Assembly (NCBI GenBank): GCA_034723315.1
Contig: JAYEOV010000058.1
Span: forward strand, 1-63,842
Length of the DNA stretch: 63,842 nt
DNA from: Candidatus Omnitrophota bacterium
GTDB lineage: Bacteria > Omnitrophota > Gorgyraeia > Tantalellales > Tantalellaceae
Direction: 5' to 3'
The translations under genes were made by a program, and so were the position numbers. Numbering within the stretch: the first letter of the stretch is position 1; the number at the start of each line of letters is the position of its first letter. Shown here piece by piece: positions 17,370 through 26,071 of the stretch. The notes under the pieces were generated by a model. The model worked only from the letters and a program-made list of their open reading frames with translations. It made no database searches and was not told the DNA's origin.

Positions 17370-17415
17370 TCCAGCTGAGCTACAGGCGCGCTGTGTTTAA
17401 TTTGTTTCAAATAAA
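17370..17415. repeat. att direct repeat, right copy (displaced 5' fragment of tRNA-Arg)
   Basis: tccagctgagctacaggcgcg-ct-gtgtttaatttgtttcaaataaa. Confidence 0.92.
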
Positions 17416-17432
17416 AGTGCGGGATTAATAAT

Positions 17433-18194
17433 TTATTCCAAAATATTTTTTATTACCATAGCCTTCACCTGCTCTAAGGAAAATGGCTTGGTAATATAAT
17501 CGTCCGCTCCTTCCTTCAGAGCAACTGCAATAATATCGTCATCTTTAACACCTGATATCATTATGACAGGAATATTTTTATTAAATTTTTTTATGTCACC
17601 TAAAACCTCTAAACCATTGCGCCCGGGCATCGCGATGTCCAGAAAAATAAGAGATATTCTCTCCTTCCGTACGATCTCCATGGTCTTTCGGGGATCGGTT
17701 GTGGCAATAACATTATAACCACTTTTCTCCAGAAAACCCTTGATAACCTTACAGACACCTTCATCATCGTCAATGACCAGGATATTTGGTATATGTTCTT
17801 TATCCTCAATCTTTGGGTGCGCGTATTTTTTCAACAACTTATTTATCCTAAACTTCAAAGTATCTAAGGGGGCTGTTTTTAGTATGTATTCAGCGGCGCC
17901 TTTTCCCTTGGCCTTGGTAATAGTTTCAGCATCGTATCCATAACCGGTAAGGATAGCAATAGGAATTCCGGAATTTTGTTCCCGCATCTTCTCCAATATT
18001 TCCATTGCATCTTCACCGGGTAATTTTATATCTAAAAGCACCAGATCCGGGGTATTAGCACTGAATTCCTCAAGGCCTGCCGCTCCTGTCAGCGCCGTAT
18101 AAACCTCATAACCTTCTTTCTTTAGAACGATTTTAATGTAATCCAGCGTTCCCGGATTGTCGTCGATAGCCAATATCTTTACTTTATTTTTCAT
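17433..18194 (-). CDS. Tandem receiver-domain protein (REC-REC, no output domain)
   Basis: Two intact REC motif sets: AIDD/LLDIKLP/LTG/ILK and VIDDD/FLDIAMP/ISG/TKPF; AAGGAG RBS. Confidence 0.9.
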   Translation of the reverse strand: MKNKVKILAIDDNPGTLDYIKIVLKKEGYEVYTALTGAAGLEEFSANTPDLVLLDIKLPGEDAMEILEKMREQNSGIPIAILTGYGYDAETITKAKGKGAAEYILKTAPLDTLKFRINKLLKKYAHPKIEDKEHIPNILVIDDDEGVCKVIKGFLEKSGYNVIATTDPRKTMEIVRKERISLIFLDIAMPGRNGLEVLGDIKKFNKNIPVIMISGVKDDDIIAVALKEGADDYITKPFSLEQVKAMVIKNILE

Positions 18195-18253
18195 GGTTTT
18201 ATCTCCTTAAATCTGTAATAAAAAAATTATTTTTCACTGTCGATCAACATTAA

Positions 18254-18874
18254 CTACCTACTCTGTCCTTTCACAAATCGTTCACCCTTTTTTAATTCAT
18301 TCGCATACTTACGCAACTTGAAACTTGCCGTTCTTAACTCGGGGCGAACAACCAACGCTATTATAAGCCCGCCGGCAAGACCGCTTAAACAATCCAAACC
18401 TAAATCTCTCAATTCAAAGCTTCTATTCATCACAAAGAGTTGAAGTGTTTCGTCTAAAAATGCACAGAAAAATATTACCACACTTACCCAAAAATAAAGC
18501 ATCTGAGTTGTAATACTATGCCTCAATGCCCTGAATAACAGTAAACTTAAAATCCCATATTCGAGAAAATGGAGACGATCCCACGCCTTCTCTACCATAC
18601 TCAGCACCAAAAAACATGTCAAAAATATCCCTATAAACCAGATATAAGCGCTTATTTCTGCCCTGCCTTTTTTTCTTTTTAAAAAAAGATATATTAGCAA
18701 AATCATGAATGTTGAACCAAACAGTACCCACATCAAAACCTTTATTACAAAATCAGCATCGTGAGCTATTGAATAAAGTTTCAACCGTCCCGGCAAGAAC
18801 AGTGTCAACAGTACCAATGCGAAAAATACGCTTGCAATTGTCCAATCTACTATTATTTTACTGCGATAGCGCAC
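18254..18874 (-). CDS. VanZ family membrane protein
   Basis: DRLHFLEYGIL, AFLDETLQLFVMNRSFELRDL..D; GTG start. Confidence 0.8.
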   Translation of the reverse strand: MRYRSKIIVDWTIASVFFALVLLTLFLPGRLKLYSIAHDADFVIKVLMWVLFGSTFMILLIYLFLKRKKGRAEISAYIWFIGIFLTCFLVLSMVEKAWDRLHFLEYGILSLLLFRALRHSITTQMLYFWVSVVIFFCAFLDETLQLFVMNRSFELRDLGLDCLSGLAGGLIIALVVRPELRTASFKLRKYANELKKGERFVKGQSR

Positions 18875-18902
18875 AAAAGCCTCCGTGAAGCATTTACTCC
18901 AG

Positions 18903-19078
18903 AACCCATTTCATGACCCTGTTCGTTACGAGGCTGAGCGAAAAAGCCATTGACAAGGCCTGAGGGGCAAAATGCCCGGAAACGTAGCCGGTGCGCTACG
19001 TTGAGGACATTTTGCCCCGAAAACGCGGTCAATGGGTTTTGCAGCCAGCCACAGTAGAACAGGGTTATGAAATGGGTT
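18903..19078 (+). mobile_element. MITE family A, complete 176-bp copy with CCAG duplication
   Basis: ccag|aacccatttcatgaccctgtt ... aacagggttatgaaatgggtt|ccag; 21-bp terminal inverted repeats. Confidence 0.9.
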
Positions 19079-19178
19079 CCAGTAAGTCCCCGCAAGATTT
19101 TTAATTTTAAACTTTTAACTTTTAATTTTAAAATCTCTTATACCAAATTCGCTTCCAACTGTAAAGAAAGTTTTGGAA

Positions 19179-19934
19179 TCATGCCGCGGCGCTTACGATA
19201 CGACCGTATTCACGGTCCATAATCTCGTGTACATGCTCCGCCATCTCTTTCCTGGACCTCCCTTCGGGATACACCGGCGGAAGAACATGCATTTCAGCGT
19301 CGACAACGGGATACCCCAGCACCTGCCAGATATGCGGGAGAAGCGTCATGTCGCCGTACCAGCATACGGTAGGCCTTCCCGGGACTTCATTATAACGCGT
19401 CAGAACCGGAATAACCGGAAGGTTCCCGAACGTAGCCGCCTCGAAGGAAGTGGATTTAAAAGGAAGAATGCCGTTATTACCGTCAGTACTTGTCCCTTCC
19501 GGGTAAACTATAAGGTACATCCCCCGCTTCATGGTTTTCGAAAAATCCCGCAATGCCTTTCTGGACGCGGATCTCGATATCCTGTCAACCCATACGGGGT
19601 GGGTCAACGCGATCATCTGTCCGATAACGGGCCATTTTGCGATCTCCGTCGTGGAGGTATAACGCAGCGGAAAAACCGTTCCATGCGTGATTATATCAAT
19701 ATAACCGAGATGATTTGAAACCACCAGGCCGGCGGGAACATCCTGAATATCACCGGATATCCTGATGCGCAGGCCTATGATCTTCGCAATACCTTTGGCC
19801 CATACGCGGAGAAGACCGGATATTTCCCTCCTCCCTCTCCAGCCGCCGAAATGGTACGGCATCGACCAGATAATGACGAACAAGGTGAACAGCACAAGCG
19901 CCGTGAACCGGTACAAGCGGAGAAAAAATGCCAT
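19179..19934 (-). CDS. olsA: Lyso-ornithine-lipid O-acyltransferase-like protein (PlsC superfamily)
   Basis: SNHLGYID, YPEGTSTDG..ILPFKST, VCWYGDM; directly downstream of the OlsB-like gene; start ATG 19934. Confidence 0.75.
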   Translation of the reverse strand: MAFFLRLYRFTALVLFTLFVIIWSMPYHFGGWRGRREISGLLRVWAKGIAKIIGLRIRISGDIQDVPAGLVVSNHLGYIDIITHGTVFPLRYTSTTEIAKWPVIGQMIALTHPVWVDRISRSASRKALRDFSKTMKRGMYLIVYPEGTSTDGNNGILPFKSTSFEAATFGNLPVIPVLTRYNEVPGRPTVCWYGDMTLLPHIWQVLGYPVVDAEMHVLPPVYPEGRSRKEMAEHVHEIMDREYGRIVSAAA

Positions 19935-19938
19935 GATA

Positions 19939-20751
19939 TCAATCTTGTTTTTCTTTGTAGCGGAAATGCCGCAAATAGCGTTGTGGGACATTATTGATAT
20001 CGACCAGTATGAAGAAATCGATCGTCCCGAATTCTCTGTCCAGCGCGGGTTCCCCGCAGATGCGCGCCCCCAGCCTGAGATATCCTTTGAATATCGGCGG
20101 GATGTGTTTTCTTAGCGCGTCTTTATCTGCCAGGATTTTCTTTATTTCATGATCGGGAGGCTTTTTCAGCACGAACCCCGGACGAGGCTTAACGGAAAAA
20201 TCGGTGTGTACAGAATAGGACTGGCGTAAATATTCGTATAAAGCCCATCCTGTCTTCGGATCTGTTTCTTCAAGGCTCACGCATCCGAGCATGTAAGAAA
20301 GTTTCGCCCTGTTCAACAACTCGGAGATCGCGCCCCAGAGAAGAGCGACTACAGCGCCTGATCTAAACTCGGGAGACACGCACGTGCGCCCCAGCTCTAT
20401 ACACTTGTCCGCGATCCTGTAGAGTCCCCTTATTTGATACTCTCTTGACGAATAAAAACCTTTAGCGGAATTCGCGACACTCCCGAGATGGGCCCGATAC
20501 GTGCCGATAACTCGCCCGGTATTTTTTTTCATCACCAGCAAGTGGAGACAGTATTCATCAAATTCGTCAAAGTCAATGCCGTATCTTTCGGAAATCTCAA
20601 GGCCCCTCCCCTGTTCGATGTTAAATACCTCGTAACGCAAACGCTGGGCCTTTTCGACTTCTTCGTGATTTTCCGCCAGCTTGACCATGAACTGTCCGGT
20701 CTCTACCAGCACGGGAGGTATCATAATATTTTTTGGCACGTTTGTGATCAT
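19939..20751 (-). CDS. olsB: GNAT-family ornithine N-acyltransferase-like protein
   Basis: AQRLRYEVF, DEFDEYCLHLLV, IGTYR, ELGRTCV.PEFRSG, PPIFKGYLRLGA.ICGEPA.D.EF.T.D. Confidence 0.85.
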   Translation of the reverse strand: MITNVPKNIMIPPVLVETGQFMVKLAENHEEVEKAQRLRYEVFNIEQGRGLEISERYGIDFDEFDEYCLHLLVMKKNTGRVIGTYRAHLGSVANSAKGFYSSREYQIRGLYRIADKCIELGRTCVSPEFRSGAVVALLWGAISELLNRAKLSYMLGCVSLEETDPKTGWALYEYLRQSYSVHTDFSVKPRPGFVLKKPPDHEIKKILADKDALRKHIPPIFKGYLRLGARICGEPALDREFGTIDFFILVDINNVPQRYLRHFRYKEKQD

Positions 20752-20781
20752 TATTTATCTCTTATTTTCTTTGGCGAACGC

Positions 20782-21417
20782 TCAATAACTTCTCACCAGG
20801 AAATAAATACCGGCAAAACCGAACACCGCGGCAAGACCATACCTGAAATGCGCGATAAACCTGTCCGCCTTTTTACCGATCGCCCAGAAAAGCAGACCGA
20901 CCGGACTGAAAACGAAAAAAGAACCGACTGCTATTCCTGCGGCGAAAAATATCTTATGATCGGAAAAGGTATAAAATTTCAGAGACAATAAAGCTGTCAG
21001 AAGCAACAGCGCCGCAATACTGCCCGGGTGTAAGAGTGTTATAAAAAAAACGGACAGGGAATGGGCAATTTGTCCAATAGCCCCTTTAGACGCAAAGCGG
21101 ACTTCCCGTCCGCTAAGGCCCCGCGCGCGCGACAGAGCCGTTATGATCCCCAGGAAAAGACCCATAATGATAAAGGCCACACCGGCGATCAGGAAAAAAA
21201 GGCTCTCATGCTTCTCAAAAATCTTTTGTACAGGCCCGGCGCCAAGGGATATAATGAAAGCAAGGATACCGTTCCCCGCCACGACCGCCAGGACCGTCAA
21301 ATTCAGACGTTCCCTGTCATGAACAAGCGCGGCGTCGGCGACCAAGGCTCCCGCCGGTCCGAAAGGAGCTCCCAAAATCATACCTGCGACGACCGACACA
21401 AGAAAAAGTCCGATCAT
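20782..21417 (-). CDS. LysE-like translocator membrane protein
   Basis: About 6 TM helices, N-terminal G..LGAPFGP and internal TLLHPG motifs. Confidence 0.6.
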   Translation of the reverse strand: MIGLFLVSVVAGMILGAPFGPAGALVADAALVHDRERLNLTVLAVVAGNGILAFIISLGAGPVQKIFEKHESLFFLIAGVAFIIMGLFLGIITALSRARGLSGREVRFASKGAIGQIAHSLSVFFITLLHPGSIAALLLLTALLSLKFYTFSDHKIFFAAGIAVGSFFVFSPVGLLFWAIGKKADRFIAHFRYGLAAVFGFAGIYFLVRSY

Positions 21418-22181
21418 TTTCCAACCTTCTCCTGTATATTTTCCGCATTATCCGACACGGACACGAATTCTATCCAATCCAGGTCGGCTGCGGCATCCGT
21501 CCCCGTGTACTGGCTATTACACGAAACACTCATGTAGACCTTCCCGGGACGGAATCCCCAGGCATTCTCAAAATCCTTCATAAAATCTCTTTCATCCACA
21601 AACCATTCCTTTTTAACGGCGTCCTCCCTGTCCCTCAGGGTAAACCATTTGACCTTTATAGTTCCCCCGCCGTAAGCACAGTTTCCTTCGGTTCCTTTAG
21701 GGGTCTCCGTATCCCACCTGTATGAAATTGATTTTTTTCCCAATCCTTTCCCCGTGCCAACATAGATGCCTATAGCCTGGTCGTCTTTCTTCCTCTCTCT
21801 TCCGTCAGCCCCTTCCGGCAGGGTAACAGCCCTCCAGCGCCAACGCAGCACGGGCATCTTTTCAAGATCAACGCCCTTTACTTTACAGATCAGACTCGCG
21901 CTGGCTTTATCCGCCTCCACGCGCAGGAAAGACAGCCCATCCTTATCGTCTCTGACTACGCTGAAAATCGCGGGAGGAGTCCCCGGTTTCCCCCTCTTCT
22001 CCCATCCCCGGGGTATGACCGGCCTGCCTTCCGGGGAAACAGAACCGAAATCCTCCCTCCACCCCACGACCCTGACCTTTATCTTTTCCGGTCTTACAAG
22101 AAAATGGCCCCGCAAAAATAATGCCAGTAGGATAAGGATTATAGCAATTAACGCAACAACAGGAAGAGAACGGATCTTCAT
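21414..22181 (-). CDS. DUF3047-like exported protein
   Basis: N-terminal anchor; LRWRWRA..LP.GAD.R...KDD.A..IYV, SISYRWD, W..DERDF..DF..AWG; 4-bp overlap with the next gene. Confidence 0.7.
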   Translation of the reverse strand: MKIRSLPVVALIAIILILLALFLRGHFLVRPEKIKVRVVGWREDFGSVSPEGRPVIPRGWEKRGKPGTPPAIFSVVRDDKDGLSFLRVEADKASASLICKVKGVDLEKMPVLRWRWRAVTLPEGADGRERKKDDQAIGIYVGTGKGLGKKSISYRWDTETPKGTEGNCAYGGGTIKVKWFTLRDREDAVKKEWFVDERDFMKDFENAWGFRPGKVYMSVSCNSQYTGTDAAADLDWIEFVSVSDNAENIQEKVGK

Positions 22182-22193
22182 AATAATAAGAAA

Positions 22194-22254
22194 TATATTC
22201 CGGGGATATGCTCGGGCGAGTTAAATAGTCATATACAACAGGCGTGTCCCCGGA
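22194..22254 (+). repeat. Family B hairpin repeat (TTCCGGGGACA...GTGTCCCCGGAA)
   Basis: tatattccggggatatgctcgggcg...acaacaggcgtgtccccgga. Confidence 0.85.
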
Positions 22255-22268
22255 GCCGGGTCCTCCTT

Positions 22269-23153
22269 CTATATCCTGTGTTTAGTGCTCCTGCTGCTGG
22301 GGCGTCTCTTTTTTCTCGCCCTCTTATTCAGTCTGTCCTGCGCTTCCTGCTCCTGTTCTTCCATCATCTTCCTCAGTTTCTGCATGCAGGCGGCCTCGAT
22401 CTGGCGAACCCTTTCGCGGGTTATGCCAAAATGTTTCGCGGTATCCCTCAAGGTATGGGAAACACCGTCCTTCTCCAGCCCGAACCTGAGGGTAAGTATC
22501 TTTCTCTCGCGTTCCGTCATCTTCTCCAATAGCCCCTCGATCCTTTCGTGAAGCAGGAACTTGGCAAGTTCATCTACCGAATTGACGATGCTTTCATCCT
22601 CGATAAGGTCCATGAACTCGGAGTCTCCCGACTCTCCAATAGGGGCGTTGAGGCTGGCTATGTTCGATGCCATATGGTTGAGCTGGCGGACGCGGGCCAC
22701 AGGCATTTTCATTTTTTTTGCTATATCACTCATATGGGGGTTCTTCTTCAGTTTCTGTGACAGCTGTTTCCTCACTTTCTGGAACCGCATGAGCATCTCC
22801 ATAACGTACACCGGTATCCTTACGGTCTTACCCTGATTCGCCACGGCCCTGGTGATATACTGTTTGATCCACCAGGCCGCGTAAGTGCTGAAACGGTATC
22901 CTTTGTCCGGATCGTATTTACTGACGGCCTTCATAAGCCCCAGGTTACCCTCTTCGATCAGGTCCAGCATCGGAACGCCGAGATAACTGTACTTTTTCGC
23001 TATATTGATGACAAGCCTCAGGTTGCTCTTTATCATCTGCTGGCGCGCTTTCTTATTACCCTTTTTTACCTTTTGCGCCAGTTCTTTCTCCTGCTCAGGC
23101 GTAAGAAGCGGGAGATCGCGTATGTCTTTTAAGTAAAGCTTTATCGCATCCAT
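22269..23153 (-). CDS. Sigma-70 family group 1/2 sigma factor, RpoS-like (no region 1.1)
   Basis: IKLYLKDI, NLRLV..IAKKY, DLIEEGNLGL, RFSTYAAWWIKQ, TRERVRQIE; start ATG 23153 (the ORF-track extension is repeat-derived). Confidence 0.92.
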   Translation of the reverse strand: MDAIKLYLKDIRDLPLLTPEQEKELAQKVKKGNKKARQQMIKSNLRLVINIAKKYSYLGVPMLDLIEEGNLGLMKAVSKYDPDKGYRFSTYAAWWIKQYITRAVANQGKTVRIPVYVMEMLMRFQKVRKQLSQKLKKNPHMSDIAKKMKMPVARVRQLNHMASNIASLNAPIGESGDSEFMDLIEDESIVNSVDELAKFLLHERIEGLLEKMTERERKILTLRFGLEKDGVSHTLRDTAKHFGITRERVRQIEAACMQKLRKMMEEQEQEAQDRLNKRARKKRRPSSRSTKHRI

Positions 23154-23154
23154 T

Positions 23155-23262
23155 GTTTCGTTGTTCGTTATTCGTCGTTCGTGGTTCGTATTTGAAAACG
23201 ATCCACGATTCCCCGTACCACAAGGGTACGGGACAAGCACGAATCACGGTTCACTATCCACT
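23155..23262. repeat. Family D hairpin (ccccgtaccacaagggtacgggac) with heptamer CACGA(A/T)-type tandem arms
   Basis: Same core at 43319, 45237 and inverted at 48955. Confidence 0.8.
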
Positions 23263-23270
23263 ATTTTTTC

Positions 23271-26036
23271 TCAGCAATTGTTCAAAGCTGCCTGCGCCGC
23301 GGCCAGCCTTGCTATCGGCACGCGGAACGGCGAGCAACTGACATAGTTCATGCCGGCTTTATAACAGAAAGTGATCGAATCCGGATCACCCCCGTGTTCG
23401 CCGCAGATCCCCACCTTAAGATCGGGCCTCGTCTTTCTGCCCTTGTCGATGCCGACCTTGATAAGCTGTCCCACTCCTTCCTGGTCAAGAGACTGAAAAG
23501 GATCTCCGGGAAGGATATGCTTATCCAGGTACGGGGCCAGGAAACTGCCCATGTCGTCACGCGAAAACCCGTAGCTCATCTGCGTAAGGTCGTTGGTCCC
23601 GAACGAGAAAAACTCGGTCACCTTCGCTATTTCGTCCGCCGTGAGCGCGGCGCGGGGTATCTCTATCATGGTGCCGACCATGAAAAACAGGTTTCTAAGA
23701 CGGTACTTCTTAAGCACCTCGAGGTAAACCCTGTCTATTATCTCTCTCTGATCCCGTATTTCCGTGTCAGTGCCCACGACAGGTATCATGATCTCCGGGT
23801 AGACTTTCTTTCCGGATTTAACGAGTTCCGCCGCGGCCTCAAGAATGGCCCTGACCTGCATCTCCGTTATATCGGGATAGGTCACCCCCAGACGGACGCC
23901 CCTATGCCCCATCATCGGATTACTTTCCTTCAGCAGGGAAACTCGTTTCTCAAGGGTGTCCATATCGATCCTGAGGCTTTTCGCCAGTTCTTTCAGCTGT
24001 TCCCTCTTGTGAGGAACGAACTCATGGAGCGGTGGGTCCAGAAGCCTGATGGTCACCGGCAGGCCCGCCATTGCCTCAAGAGTCCCCTTTATGTCAGCTT
24101 TCACATAGGGAAAGAGCTCCCTGAGCGCGGACTTGCGCTCCTGGATCGAGTCGGAAAGTATCATCTTGCGCAGTTTGAAAAGCGGCTTTTCCGAACCCTC
24201 CCCGTAGAACATGTGTTCGGTCCTCAAAAGACCTATGCCCTCGGCCCCGAAAGCGCGCGCTTTCCTGGCGTCTTCCGGAGTATCCGCGTTTGTCCGTATC
24301 TTCATCTTCCTGGCAGAATCGCATATTCTGAGAAAGACATCGAGGTCCTTGTTCTCTTTCGTAGCGTCGACCGTGGGAAGAATATCCTTGTAAACAAGTC
24401 CTTTCGTGCCGTTGAGGGTGATCCAGTCGCCCTCCTTGAGCACGGTGTCGCCGATCCGCACTCTCTTCTTCGGGTAATCTATTTTCAGTTCGCCGCAGCC
24501 GACGATACAGCATTTTCCCCATCCGCGGGCGACAAGCGCCGCGTGGGACGTCATCCCGCCTCTTGCGGTCAGTATCGCCCGGGAAGCCCTCATCCCTTCC
24601 ACGTCCTCAGGATTGGTCTCCTCGCGGACAAGTATGACCTTCTTCCCTTTCTTTGCCCATTCTACGGAAGAATCGGAATCAAGAACGATCATTCCGCTCG
24701 CGCCGCCCGGACCGGCCGGGAGCCCTTTGGCGAGAAACGCGGTCCTCTTTTCAGCCAGCGGATCGATGATGGGATGGAGAAGCTCATCAAGCTGCGCCGG
24801 TTTTACCCGCATGATGGCTTCGTCTTTCTTTATAAGCCCCTCTTTCACCATATCAACGGCCATCTTTACCGCGGCCGGCCCGTTTCGCTTGCCCGTGCGG
24901 GTCTGCAGCAGAAAGAGCCTCCCGTTCTCTATTGTGAACTCGATGTCCTGCATATCGCGGTAATGCTTTTCAAGCCTTTTTTGAATATTGTCAAGCTGCC
25001 TGTATACCCTGGGCATTAAGTCCTTCAGCATCAACAGGTCCTTGTTGTGATCACTCTGGGAGTTCTTGTTTATGGGAGCGGGCGTCCTGATCCCCGCGAC
25101 CACATCCTCACCCTGGGCATTGACCAGATATTCCCCGTAAAACCTGTTATTCCCGTTGCCCGGATCGCGCGTAAATCCGACACCGGTCGCGGAGCCTTCG
25201 CCCAGGTTGCCGAACACCATGGTCTGGACGTTGACCGCGGTCCCCCATTCATCGGGAATGTCCTCTATCCTGCGGTAAGCTATGGCTCTCTTCCCGTTCC
25301 AGGAAGCAAATACCGCGCCGATCCCTCCCCAGAGCTGTTTTTCGACATCGTCCGGAAACTCCTTGCCGAGGACCTGCTTCACCTTCTTCTTATATCTCTC
25401 GCAAAGATCCTTGAGATCGTCAGCATTCAGGTCCGTATCCAGCTCAACGCCTTTCTTGCGCTTTTTCTCTCGCAGCAGCTTCTCAAGCTGCTGGCGAATG
25501 CCTTTTCCTTCTTTCGGTTCTATGCCCGCGGCCTTTTCCATCACCACGTCCGAATACATGGTTATAAGCCTCCTGTAGGCATCGTAGGCGAACCTTTCGT
25601 TACCACTCTGAGCGATAAGCCCCCCTATGGTCTTCGTGGTGAGCCCCACGTTAAGGACCGTTTCCATCATCCCCGGCATGGACTGGCGCGCCCCTGACCT
25701 CACGGAAACAAGAAGCGGGTTCCCAGTATCACCGAACTTCTTGCCCATTATCCTTTCGACCTTCCTGAGGGCGACGCTGACCTGTTCTTTCAGCCCCAAT
25801 GGATATTTACCCTTGTGTTCGTAGAAATACGTGCATATTCCGGTCGTTATGGTAAATCCCGGCGGCACAGGTATCCTGAGACCTGGGTGTCCCGCCATTT
25901 CGGCGAGGTTGGCGCCTTTTCCTCCAAGCAGGTTCTTCATGCTGCCGTTACCGTCGGCTTTTCCTCCGCCGAAAAAATAAATGTACTTCTTCATTTTCTT
26001 CTTTGATGTCTTTCTTTTCACAGTCTTCTTTCCCAT
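23271..26036 (-). CDS. ppdK: Pyruvate, phosphate dikinase
   Basis: LGGKGANLAEM, LLVSVRSGA..SMPGMMET, GGMTSHAALVARG (phospho-His), GIGLLRTEHM, FSFGTNDLTQ, GICGEHGG. Confidence 0.97.
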   Translation of the reverse strand: MGKKTVKRKTSKKKMKKYIYFFGGGKADGNGSMKNLLGGKGANLAEMAGHPGLRIPVPPGFTITTGICTYFYEHKGKYPLGLKEQVSVALRKVERIMGKKFGDTGNPLLVSVRSGARQSMPGMMETVLNVGLTTKTIGGLIAQSGNERFAYDAYRRLITMYSDVVMEKAAGIEPKEGKGIRQQLEKLLREKKRKKGVELDTDLNADDLKDLCERYKKKVKQVLGKEFPDDVEKQLWGGIGAVFASWNGKRAIAYRRIEDIPDEWGTAVNVQTMVFGNLGEGSATGVGFTRDPGNGNNRFYGEYLVNAQGEDVVAGIRTPAPINKNSQSDHNKDLLMLKDLMPRVYRQLDNIQKRLEKHYRDMQDIEFTIENGRLFLLQTRTGKRNGPAAVKMAVDMVKEGLIKKDEAIMRVKPAQLDELLHPIIDPLAEKRTAFLAKGLPAGPGGASGMIVLDSDSSVEWAKKGKKVILVREETNPEDVEGMRASRAILTARGGMTSHAALVARGWGKCCIVGCGELKIDYPKKRVRIGDTVLKEGDWITLNGTKGLVYKDILPTVDATKENKDLDVFLRICDSARKMKIRTNADTPEDARKARAFGAEGIGLLRTEHMFYGEGSEKPLFKLRKMILSDSIQERKSALRELFPYVKADIKGTLEAMAGLPVTIRLLDPPLHEFVPHKREQLKELAKSLRIDMDTLEKRVSLLKESNPMMGHRGVRLGVTYPDITEMQVRAILEAAAELVKSGKKVYPEIMIPVVGTDTEIRDQREIIDRVYLEVLKKYRLRNLFFMVGTMIEIPRAALTADEIAKVTEFFSFGTNDLTQMSYGFSRDDMGSFLAPYLDKHILPGDPFQSLDQEGVGQLIKVGIDKGRKTRPDLKVGICGEHGGDPDSITFCYKAGMNYVSCSPFRVPIARLAAAQAALNNC

Positions 26037-26071
26037 TTTGCTCTCTCTCCTTCTCTTTTTTCTAAAAGTAA

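Larger units (their letters stand above)
9957..17415. mobile_element. Degenerate integrative element / genomic island at tRNA-Arg(CCT) carrying a lipid-biosynthesis cassette
   Basis: 46-bp direct repeats (44/46 identical) at 9957-10002 and 17370-17415; tyrosine integrase fragment next to the tRNA; 21-bp repeats near both ends; low GC in most cargo (spot counts 23-35% in several 60-nt lines vs about 60% in ppdK). Confidence 0.85.

Noticed and set aside
9957-17415. Prophage
   Set aside because: No capsid, terminase, tail, lysis or replication genes; only recombinase relics and metabolic cargo.
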